Shown in pieces: positions 48,612-56,197 of a DNA stretch of 63,120 nucleotides. The stretch covers positions 1 to 63,120 of the forward strand of contig CAZCQN010000001.1 in the NCBI GenBank assembly GCA_964500825.1. The letters are read 5' to 3'. The translations under genes were made by a program, and so were the position numbers. Position 1 is the stretch's first letter, and each line of letters opens with the position of its first letter. The notes beneath the pieces were generated by a model. It had not been told where the DNA came from, made no database searches, and was given only the letters and a program-made list of their open reading frames with translations. The stretch comes from an uncultured Verrucomicrobiota bacterium. Lineage in GTDB: Bacteria > Auribacterota > JABMQX01 > JAFGEW01.

Positions 48612-50508
48612 GCATAGCGCCCCGGGCGCCTTGAATCTGGGGGAATCGGGAATCGGGGGACACCATGCCCGTTTCGAGGCTTCTGGGCGCGACGGCAAGG
48701 CTTCGCCTTGGTTGGACGAAGCTTCGCTTCGTCGCTCGCCGTCTGCCGGCAGACGGCTCAGCCGCCTCGGCGGCGACGGCCGGTACGACACGTTCTCGTA
48801 CGACACCGACGAACGCCTCACCACCGAGCACTACCAGACGCCGCAGCAAACGACCCTGTTCCGCTTCGACTACACCTACGACGACGACGGCAATCGGTAC
48901 CGGAAGGAATATCGTGACGACGACTCGCTGCGGGTGTATTATTCGGACGCGACCGGAGCAACAACGGACGGCGAGGACACGAACCTGGCGCCGTCGAACC
49001 GCGTCGTGCGCGCGTGGACCAAGACGGGCGCGGGCGAGAAGCTGATGGGCGACAAGCTCAACGTGACCGGGTCGTACACGGAGACGAACCTCTGGTCGAT
49101 CTCGATCGAGGCGAACGATTCTGGCTCGCCGGTGGACGCCACGTGGCGCGACGGCTTCTGGATCGCGCGCGGCGTTTCTTTGAATGATGACGACGGCAAC
49201 ACCCTCGAGGCGACGATCACCGACCTGGGCGAGAACTCGTCGACGTACCCGGTCTCGCCGGCCACGTACCCGACGAAGCTTGACCGCAACCTGAACGTGG
49301 CGTACGAGTACGACGCGGCCGGCAACATCACGAAGAAGACGCAAGTGGTCGATTACGACGCAGGCGGCAGCACCACTTACATCACCCGCTACTTCTACGA
49401 CGACGCCAACCGCCTCGAGTACATCGATTACGACTGGACGACGACCGAGGACGTCCACTACGTCTACGACCCGGTCGGCCAGCGCATCGCGATCGAGTAC
49501 GGCGAGATCGACCTCGACGGTGAGGATTTCGACGACTTCACACCCGCGTCTGCTCGCGGCTTCGTCTGCATGGGCGGCAACGTGCTCGAGGAGTGGACCG
49601 TCAGCGGCGGCTCGCTCGCTTCGTTGGTGTATCGTTACGTCCGCAACCCCGCAACAAACCTGGGCGGCGGGATCGGCTCGATTGCCTATCAGATCGACGG
49701 CGCCGACTATCGCTACTACCACTACAACCACAAGGGCGACACCGGCGCCCTCACCGATGAAGACGCAAAGATCGTCGCCTGGTACGAGTACGACGCCTGG
49801 GGCAACGTCGTGACCGAGTGGGAGGCCAGCGGCGTCGACAACGAGTTCCGCTTCTCGACCAAACAGTGGGACGCCACGCCCGCCGGCCCGCCCGACGCCG
49901 GCCCCATCTACTTCGGTGCCCGCTACCTTTCCACAGAGCTCGGCCGCTGGACCCAGCTCGACCCGGCGGGCACGGTTGACGGGTTGAACATGTATGGGTA
50001 CGTGCGACAGAATCCGCTTGAGTACACGGGCCCGTATGGTGAAGAGGGTGATGCCACGTTCGTCTTGTGTGCAGGGTTATTCGGTGTTGTGTGTGATGCG
50101 GCGCTGGGAAGGATACAGAAGTTCAAAGACCCGGATTTTATCGACACGAGGGCGTGCAGGTTCCGTCGTGTGTTGATCTGCGCGGTCGTAGGCATCCCCT
50201 TTTGCTATAGCCAGGCGTATGGCGATAACCCACCCCAGGACGAGGATGAACTCAAGCAACGCATTGACGACTACCTGAACAAGGCGTTCGATCCTTCTCC
50301 GTCCGAAGGTGACTGTGGTGATGATACCGGCGTCTTTGATAGAGTTAGAGACCAGTCACCTGCAGAACAGGAGGCGAGAGATACGGTGAGAAAGGTCGAA
50401 GACAAGGTCAGGGAAGTCCAGGAAGAGGTGGAGGATGTGGTTGAAGAGGTGGAGGAGGGAGTCGAGGAAGGAATCCGCAAGTTGCTAGGTGGCGGCCTGA
50501 GGCTTTAG
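48553..50508 (+). CDS. Orphan rhs C-terminal cassette 2 (homology to the rhs core begins at about 48770; distinct ~150-aa tip)
   Basis: From GDGRYDTFSYDTDERLTTEHYQTPQQTTLFRFDYTYDDDGNRYRKEY onward it stays collinear with cassette 1 for about 1.2 kb, with only scattered substitutions. It ends YFGARYLSTELGRWTQLDPAGTVDGLNMYGYVRQNP, then a different tip (FVLCAGLFGVVCDAALG.. and an acidic coiled tail). The first ~70 codons of the track ORF are unrelated and overlap the previous gene. Confidence 0.75.
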   Translation: MSRAFCAKGRSQGISKKRIEHSAPGALNLGESGIGGHHARFEASGRDGKASPWLDEASLRRSPSAGRRLSRLGGDGRYDTFSYDTDERLTTEHYQTPQQTTLFRFDYTYDDDGNRYRKEYRDDDSLRVYYSDATGATTDGEDTNLAPSNRVVRAWTKTGAGEKLMGDKLNVTGSYTETNLWSISIEANDSGSPVDATWRDGFWIARGVSLNDDDGNTLEATITDLGENSSTYPVSPATYPTKLDRNLNVAYEYDAAGNITKKTQVVDYDAGGSTTYITRYFYDDANRLEYIDYDWTTTEDVHYVYDPVGQRIAIEYGEIDLDGEDFDDFTPASARGFVCMGGNVLEEWTVSGGSLASLVYRYVRNPATNLGGGIGSIAYQIDGADYRYYHYNHKGDTGALTDEDAKIVAWYEYDAWGNVVTEWEASGVDNEFRFSTKQWDATPAGPPDAGPIYFGARYLSTELGRWTQLDPAGTVDGLNMYGYVRQNPLEYTGPYGEEGDATFVLCAGLFGVVCDAALGRIQKFKDPDFIDTRACRFRRVLICAVVGIPFCYSQAYGDNPPQDEDELKQRIDDYLNKAFDPSPSEGDCGDDTGVFDRVRDQSPAEQEARDTVRKVEDKVREVQEEVEDVVEEVEEGVEEGIRKLLGGGLRL

Positions 50509-50509
50509 C

Positions 50510-51013
50510 ATGGGGTGGTTGGTCGTCCTGGCGGGCTTCTGCTTGCTTTTGGCCCTGCGAGAGCTGAGGGTTTATGTGAGACTGCGAGCCCCCTGCTATG
50601 CCATTGTCGCATCCGGCCTGGCGCTGGCGTTGCCCGCAGGTTGCTGTCATCTCGCGGGGTTCGATATCGCAACCTGCATTCTGGTGGGGCTCTTGCTTTC
50701 AGCGTACGTGTTCGGCAGTTGGCTTCGGTCTCGTGCGTACGCGGGCCTTGACAGAGCGGCGTTTACCCGCATTACGACAGTACAGCGCTTGCTCGGGGAA
50801 GTGCGTCGAGACGTGGCCTCGGACTTCGATAGAGCTGCACTTCTGCCGCGGTTGCGACTCCAGATTGCCAGCGTTTTCTTGCCTGCGGTGTGTGGTGCTG
50901 CCCTTCTGTTCGTCCTGATGCCCAGGCTGAGCGCCTTTGCCTATACGATCTTCTCATTTGGCGTGGCGTGGGGAGCCTTGGCTGCCATGTGTACACGTCT
51001 ATGCAAAACCTGA
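50510..51013 (+). CDS. Multi-pass membrane protein; positional candidate immunity protein for cassette 2
   Basis: 167 aa, ATG 2 nt after the cassette 2 stop. About five hydrophobic helices (WLVVLAGFCLLLAL, IVASGLALALPAG, CILVGLLLSAYVFG, VFLPAVCGAALLFVLM, YTIFSFGVAWGALAAM). Confidence 0.6.
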   Translation: MGWLVVLAGFCLLLALRELRVYVRLRAPCYAIVASGLALALPAGCCHLAGFDIATCILVGLLLSAYVFGSWLRSRAYAGLDRAAFTRITTVQRLLGEVRRDVASDFDRAALLPRLRLQIASVFLPAVCGAALLFVLMPRLSAFAYTIFSFGVAWGALAAMCTRLCKT

Positions 51014-51023
51014 GGGCCTTCGA

Positions 51024-51157
51024 GCCGCAGGACACGACCCTCTTCCGCTACGACTACGGCTGTGGCTGCGCCACAGCTTGTACGACGACGACGGCAACCG
51101 GCTGAGCAAGCAGTACGACGGCAATGCGAACAAGGTGGTCTGGTTCTCGGACGAGAC
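51024..51157 (+). pseudogene. Short rhs core fragment of the main-gene type
   Basis: GCCGCAGGACACGACCCTCTTCCGCTACGAC..TACGACGACGACGGCAACCGGCTGAGCAAGCAGTACGACGGCAATGCGAACAAGGTGGTCTGGTTCTCGGACGAGAC matches 42978-43088 of the main gene. It is interrupted by a small palindromic insertion GCTGTGGCTGCGCCACAGC. Similarity stops abruptly at 51157. Confidence 0.8.
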
Positions 51158-51359
51158 AAGCCCCGACGGCTCACGACATCTCCGGCAGGCGTCGCGTTCC
51201 TGGGGACAAACTGGGGACACAAACAAGTCAAAACAGACGCGGAAAGACCGAAGCAGACTCAAACAGAATGAAGTCGATTCAGTGCCGGAAGCCGCTCGAC
51301 GCAAGGAAGATGCGACGCAACGCCTTACTGGCGAGCGATTTCCGAAAACGGTGGGGATA
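51158..51359 (+). repeat. tRNA-Leu trailer module, copy C
   Basis: CTCACGAC (M1-like, 51170), CCTGGGGACAAACTGGGGACACA (M2, 51199-51221), block GTGCCGGAAGCCGCTCGACGCAAGGAAGATGC. Collinear with copy B over about 175 nt. Confidence 0.75.
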
Positions 51360-51414
51360 GGACTTAAAATCCCCTGGGCTTCGGCCCGTGTGGGTTCAAC
51401 TCCCACCCCCGGCA
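51360..51414 (+). pseudogene. 3' part of tRNA-Leu(UAA), anticodon stem to discriminator; direct repeat of 13344-13398
   Basis: GGACTTAAAATCCCCTGGGCTTCGGCCCGTGTGGGTTCAACTCCCACCCCCGGCA differs from 13344-13398 at 3 of 55 positions. No D arm or 5' acceptor lies upstream. Confidence 0.85.
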
Positions 51415-51434
51415 GATCGCTTTGTCCCGAACAG

Positions 51435-52850
51435 CTACTCAGAGGCCGGTGTGTGCTCGTCGGCGGGTTCCGATCGACGTGCCCGGAAGCGCGCCACGAG
51501 CGTGCTCAGGCCCCAGCCGGCGTAGACCGCCAGCAGTGGCATGAACGGGACGCGGAAGCGCGGGTCCGCTTCGGGCCCCGCCGAGAGGACGATGAAGTAG
51601 ACGATGACGCCGCAGACGAGGACGTGGGCGGCGCGGTGCTCGCTGCCGCCGCGCACGAGACGCCACACGCCATACAGCACGCAGATGTAGAGCACGAGCA
51701 GGTACGCCATCTCGTAGCCGAACGCGGCGAACAGCAGCGGCCGGCCCACGACCCACTTGCGGACGTACGCGCCCGGCGCGAGCCGAAACACGTCGCCGAA
51801 CGGGCTCGCGTACAGCTCCTCGCCGGTCAGGTAGCGCACGAGCAGCACCTGCGCCGGCGCCACGAGCACATCGGGCGTCTCGCGCACGGCCATCCGGACG
51901 TACAGGACGGGGTGGCGGCGCATCAGGGCGGACCCTTCGCGCGCGTAGAGCTCGGACTTCTCCGCGTCCGACCACCCCTCCATCGATGGGAGCGATTCGC
52001 GGATCCGCTCCCGCGCCTCGTCGAGGCTGATGCCGTCGCGGAGCGCCACGATCCCCGTGCCCCGGCACCACAGCAGGTTGTGGCCCCGGATGTGGCTCAG
52101 ATCGCTGCTGCCGCTGACGCAGTAGTTGCGCACCTGCCAGCCGCCGACGAGCACGACCGACGGCGCCACGACGACGAGCGCCACCACGATAACCCTTGTC
52201 CACTTCATCTTTGAGCAGACGCCCCACGCGAGCAAGCCGATCACGAGCGGAAGGACGAGATAGTAGCTGATCGGCCGCACGAGCGTCGCCAGCGCGAGCG
52301 CACCGCCCAACAAGAGCGCCCACCAGCTCCGCGCGCGCTCGTCCGAGAGCATGCGAACGCCGGCGGCCACGGCGATCACCACAAGGAACGTGAACAGCGT
52401 GTCGCTCAGCAGCTTCTGCGACGAGGCGAACGACATGACGTCGAATGTCAGCAGCAGCGCGGCGACAAGCGCCGGCCCCGGCCCCCAGAGCCGCCTTGCC
52501 ACGGCGGAGGCGATCCAGATCGTAGCGACGCTCACGATGACCTGGAGCGCGATCACGGGAAAGTGCCGCTCGCCGAAAACGAGGTAGACGGCCGCGATGA
52601 ACGCCGGGTAGCCAGGCGTGCGGAGCGTCTCGGGCACGTCGGGCGTCTCCGGGCTCGCCGCGAACCGGCCCACCTGCACCAGGGCGCGCGCGGGATTCTC
52701 GTAGCTGGGCGAGTCGCCGGCGAGCACGCGCCCCGGCTCGATCGAGTACAGGGCGACCAGCGCCGCCAGCCGCAGCACGAGCGCCACAGCAAGGATCACG
52801 ACGAGTATCCGCACGTGCTTGCGGCCCGACGAGTGCGCGTCTGCGTTCAC
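51435..52850 (-). CDS. Integral-membrane glycosyltransferase, GT39/GT83 (PMT/ArnT-like) family
   Basis: 471 aa with more than 10 TM helices. N-terminal loop GDSPSYENPARALVQVGRF..TLRTPGYPAFIAAVYLVFG is typical of ArnT/PMT_2-type glycosyltransferases. A soluble C-proximal loop is followed by the last TMs. Confidence 0.7.
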   Translation of the reverse strand: MNADAHSSGRKHVRILVVILAVALVLRLAALVALYSIEPGRVLAGDSPSYENPARALVQVGRFAASPETPDVPETLRTPGYPAFIAAVYLVFGERHFPVIALQVIVSVATIWIASAVARRLWGPGPALVAALLLTFDVMSFASSQKLLSDTLFTFLVVIAVAAGVRMLSDERARSWWALLLGGALALATLVRPISYYLVLPLVIGLLAWGVCSKMKWTRVIVVALVVVAPSVVLVGGWQVRNYCVSGSSDLSHIRGHNLLWCRGTGIVALRDGISLDEARERIRESLPSMEGWSDAEKSELYAREGSALMRRHPVLYVRMAVRETPDVLVAPAQVLLVRYLTGEELYASPFGDVFRLAPGAYVRKWVVGRPLLFAAFGYEMAYLLVLYICVLYGVWRLVRGGSEHRAAHVLVCGVIVYFIVLSAGPEADPRFRVPFMPLLAVYAGWGLSTLVARFRARRSEPADEHTPASE

Positions 52851-53054
52851 CTCGGTGTCTTCGCTCCCTAATCAGAGTCCTCCTACTCCCAGAACATGTA
52901 CTGGACAACGAGGACAACGGCAAGGACACAGAAGCGCCGCTTGGGCTTGGGGTCGCGACGTCAGGCAAGTGTTCTTGGAACGAGCGAACGGACGACTGCG
53001 GGAAAACGCGGTTCGGAGCCGCACTGAGAAGCGCAGCTTTCGGTGAGCAGACCG

Positions 53055-54074
53055 CTACACTGTACTCACCCGTCCTAAACGGTCAAGGTAGTTGAAGAAG
53101 TAAAGGATCACGAGGATGCCGACGGTGAACAAGAAGGCGTACCCGGTTTGCTCTGAGGGTGCCAGGTCGCCCAGGAGGTTGTTCGTCAAGGCAGAATGAG
53201 CGGAGAAGAAGAGACCGAACCCGCTGAATACAAAGAGCTGAGGGCTGATCTTCCCCGCGGAGGCTTCAGACAGGGTGTCTACTTTGGTCTCGAGGACTGC
53301 CAGGGATTCCGAGGAATTCATGGCGCTCTTGCCGAGGCTCGGGATGTCGAAGAGCCAGGAGAACGATCTGGCATAAGCCATCTCGCCCTTCCCTTGAGCC
53401 ACGAAGCCCCGCAGCATGTGGACGTGCGCCACAGACGGGACGTAGCCTGTGGTCTCCTTGGGTAAGGAGGCCAAACCCCGGATAAGCGAGTGGTAGTCGA
53501 CGATCTTGGCTCGGTATTGATTCGCGATTCCCCGAAGAGCTGACTTCTCGTCATTGGCCTCAACCGGGAACAGCGCGAAATCGCCGCGTTGGATGTAGAC
53601 ATGCTCGTGGTAGACGTCGCGGATGATGGCAAACAGATACTTGGCGAACACCTGCGCATCAGCCCTACTCGCTGCAACGTCGAAGACGACGAGGCCATTC
53701 TCGGATATGCTCTGGATAGTGGCGACGACGCACAAGCCGTTTTCGGTGAAGCTGAAGACCCCTGCCCTCGTGATGCGGCCATCGCATTCCGTGAAGCCAA
53801 GCCAGCTCAGCGACTGGGGATGAGCATCATCGTAACTCTCAACACCAACATAGAGTCCTTCGCGATCTGCAGGCGCAAGGGCTTGGCCAATGCGGCCCTT
53901 GGAGTCCGAGAATGCCTTCTTCAAGTTCTTGTCCGAGATCAAGCGCGGACACAGAAGAAGCTTGCCATGGTCTTCGGGATCCTCGTGGATCTGCTGCTTC
54001 TCGAGAAACGCCCCAAAGAGCTGAGGCACGAGAAGCTTGTCGCTCAGGATTGGAATCCAGCCGTACCAGAGCAT
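53055..54074 (-). CDS. Hypothetical protein with a soluble N-terminal domain and two C-terminal TM helices
   Basis: 339-aa ORF, lower GC than the flanks. C-terminal helices ISPQLFVFSGFGLFFSAHSAL and GYAFLFTVGILVILYFFNYL. No recognisable catalytic motif. Confidence 0.55.
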   Translation of the reverse strand: MLWYGWIPILSDKLLVPQLFGAFLEKQQIHEDPEDHGKLLLCPRLISDKNLKKAFSDSKGRIGQALAPADREGLYVGVESYDDAHPQSLSWLGFTECDGRITRAGVFSFTENGLCVVATIQSISENGLVVFDVAASRADAQVFAKYLFAIIRDVYHEHVYIQRGDFALFPVEANDEKSALRGIANQYRAKIVDYHSLIRGLASLPKETTGYVPSVAHVHMLRGFVAQGKGEMAYARSFSWLFDIPSLGKSAMNSSESLAVLETKVDTLSEASAGKISPQLFVFSGFGLFFSAHSALTNNLLGDLAPSEQTGYAFLFTVGILVILYFFNYLDRLGRVSTV

Positions 54075-54116
54075 TGGGTGAACGCGCGCCTGAGGAGGTG
54101 GTTTCTTAAGAGACGA

Positions 54117-54443
54117 CTACTTCCCAGCGTTCCACACAGCGTTCCAGGCGCCGTGCACTACCCGCGAAACAGGGCGCTTCGCCACGCTTACGGTACGGAG
54201 CACCTGCATGCCGGAAGGTGTAGTCCTGGCGGTGTTGTTGCGATCCTTGGTAAAACCCATCTTGACCAGCCCCAGTCTGGCGAGCTTCTTTGCGAGGCTG
54301 AGATCTTCAGGCCGAAGCTTGTGCTTCTTGCTCAGCCTTCGCAGCAGCTCAAGCTCCTTAGCGGAGAGCATCGGACTCACCTCCTGCTGCCGTGCGATGC
54401 GCTCGAGCCACGCAAAGCCGCTTGCTTGGCGCACAGCTAGCAA
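54117..54443 (-). CDS. Small hypothetical protein, possibly winged-helix-like
   Basis: 108-aa ORF (alternative start MLSAKELELL at 54371). LSAKELELLRRLSKKHKLRPEDLSLAKKLARLGLVKMGF looks like an HTH/wHTH segment. 43 nt upstream of the 339-aa gene, same strand, lower GC. Confidence 0.45.
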   Translation of the reverse strand: MLAVRQASGFAWLERIARQQEVSPMLSAKELELLRRLSKKHKLRPEDLSLAKKLARLGLVKMGFTKDRNNTARTTPSGMQVLRTVSVAKRPVSRVVHGAWNAVWNAGK

Positions 54444-54659
54444 TACGAACGACGGGCTGTCAAGAGCATTTCACAAAAGTCAACAAGTGGGCATAGCAAG
54501 AACCATGCCAGACAGCTTGCCCATCTTTCCACCCGCAAATCAGAGTATGATACCACAAGCAGGCGGCATTTTTCAAGCTCTTCCTATCATTTATCGGCTC
54601 CACATGTTTTCAACTTTATCGTTGGCCGAGTGGTTCCGCATGACAAAGACAGCGTTTTC

Positions 54660-56048
54660 CTACTGGCAGCAGATGTAGTAGAGGATGAACAGGACGGCGA
54701 GGACGTAGAGCAGCGGCTTGACCTCGCGGCCGCGGCCGCTCAGCAGCTTGATGAGCGGGTACGAGATGAAGCCGAAGGCGAAGCCGTTGTGGATCGAGAA
54801 CGTGAGCGGAATGCTGATCATGATCAGGAACGCCGGCACCGCCTCGGTCGCGTCGCGCCAGTCGATGCGGGTCACGACCTGCATCATCATGCTGCCGACG
54901 ATGATGAGCGCGGGCGCCGTGACCGGATGGATCATCCCGCTCTCGACCGGGTAACCCGCGGCGATCATGCCGACGAGCGGCGACAAGAATAGCGCCACGA
55001 GGAACAGCACGCCGGTGACCATGTTCGCGAGCCCCGTCCGGCCGCCCGCCTCGACGCCGGCAGCGCTCTCGATGTAGCTGGTGACCGTCGAGGTGCCGAG
55101 CATGGCGCCCGCGACCGTGCCGGTGGCGTCGGCCATGAGCGCGCGGTCGGCGCGCGGCAGCTTGTTATCGACGATGAAGCCGGCCCGCTCGCCGACGCCG
55201 ATGAGCGTCCCCATCGTGTCGAACATGTCCATGAACAGGAAGACGATGACGGCCACGACGAACGAGCCGGTGAGCACGCGGCCGAAGTCGGCGTGGACGA
55301 ACGCGAAGAGCGTCGGCTTGACTGACGGCGGCACGTCGAGCACGCCGTGATACTCGACGAGCGGCGTGAAGTCCTTGCTCACGGCCGAGCCGATCTGCGA
55401 CGCAATGAGGCCGAGGACGGCCGTGCCGATAATGCCCAACAGAATCCCGCCCGGCACGCGCCGGACCATGAGCGTGACCGTCAGGATCAAGCCGACGGCT
55501 GCGAGGATCACGGGCGGCGAGATCACGTTGCCGAGCGCGACGGATGTGCTCTCGTTGGACACGACGACGCCGGCTTCTTTCAGGCCGATAAACGCGATGA
55601 ACATGCCGATGCCGACGGCGATGCCGCATTTGATCGACGGCGGGATCGCGTTGATGATGACCTCGCGCACCTTGAGCAGCGTGAGTGCCAGAAACAGGAC
55701 GCCCGAGATGAGGACGATCAGAAAGCCGTCCTGCCACGTAAACGCCCACGCGCCGCACACGGTGAAGGCGAAGAACGCGTTCTCGCCCATGCCCGGCGCG
55801 AGCGCGATCGGGTAGTTGGCCAGCAAACCCATCACGAGCGTCGCGAGCGCGGCGGCCAAACACGTCGCCACCAGGAGCGCCCCGACCGCTACTTCCTCCG
55901 GCAGGCCGGCCGCGACGAGCGGCCCCTTGAGGATTTGCGGGTTGACGAAGATGATGTAGGCCATCGCCATGAAGGTGGTGGCGCCGGCGACGAGCTCGCG
56001 CCGCACGGTCGTACCGTTCGCCCGGAGCTTGAAGAAGCGCTCGAGCAT
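54660..56048 (-). CDS. NCS2-family nucleobase permease (AzgA-like adenine/guanine/hypoxanthine type)
   Basis: 462 aa. MLERFFKLRANGTTVRRELVAGATTFMAMAYIIFVNPQIL is the characteristic AzgA/PbuG-type N-terminus. About 13 TM segments. TSTVTSYIESAAGVEAGGRTGL motif. Confidence 0.88.
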   Translation of the reverse strand: MLERFFKLRANGTTVRRELVAGATTFMAMAYIIFVNPQILKGPLVAAGLPEEVAVGALLVATCLAAALATLVMGLLANYPIALAPGMGENAFFAFTVCGAWAFTWQDGFLIVLISGVLFLALTLLKVREVIINAIPPSIKCGIAVGIGMFIAFIGLKEAGVVVSNESTSVALGNVISPPVILAAVGLILTVTLMVRRVPGGILLGIIGTAVLGLIASQIGSAVSKDFTPLVEYHGVLDVPPSVKPTLFAFVHADFGRVLTGSFVVAVIVFLFMDMFDTMGTLIGVGERAGFIVDNKLPRADRALMADATGTVAGAMLGTSTVTSYIESAAGVEAGGRTGLANMVTGVLFLVALFLSPLVGMIAAGYPVESGMIHPVTAPALIIVGSMMMQVVTRIDWRDATEAVPAFLIMISIPLTFSIHNGFAFGFISYPLIKLLSGRGREVKPLLYVLAVLFILYYICCQ

Positions 56049-56064
56049 GGGGGAACCTCTCTCC

Positions 56065-56116
56065 GCCTTGTGGCAAGCGTGCTTGCCTACGGCAAGCGTG
56101 CTTCCCTACGGGAAGC
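56065..56116 (-). promoter_or_regulatory. Tandem hairpin repeats in the 5' leader of the nucleobase permease
   Basis: mRNA sense: GCTTCCC-GTA-GGGAAGC, AC, GCTTGCC-GTA-GGCAAGC, AC, then a weaker (GC)CTTG..CAAG(C) hairpin. They end about 16 nt before the GGAGAGAGG RBS. The two strong hairpins differ by a compensated C:G to G:C swap. Confidence 0.45.
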
Positions 56117-56197
56117 AGGCGCGAACCACGCAAACTCCCTCGTCGGGCCGGATTCTACGCCGTCGCGGGTGCGCAGATCAAGACGAGGCCGGCATGT

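Noticed and set aside
13399-51359. Search for an integrase or recombinase gene to go with the tRNA-Leu direct repeats
   Set aside because: No ORF next to the tRNA or anywhere in the segment shows tyrosine- or serine-recombinase hallmarks. The island interpretation therefore rests only on the repeats and gene content.
50937-52968. 425-aa (+) and 509-aa (-) ORFs overlapping the glycosyltransferase gene
   Set aside because: Low-complexity Arg/Pro/Ala translations. The 471-aa frame gives a coherent multi-TM GT39/83-like protein. The 425-aa ORF would also run through the repeat module and the tRNA fragment.
56049-56197. Purine or guanine riboswitch expected upstream of a nucleobase permease
   Set aside because: No three-way junction with the conserved purine-riboswitch loop and core nucleotides could be found. 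Only the tandem hairpins reported above are present.
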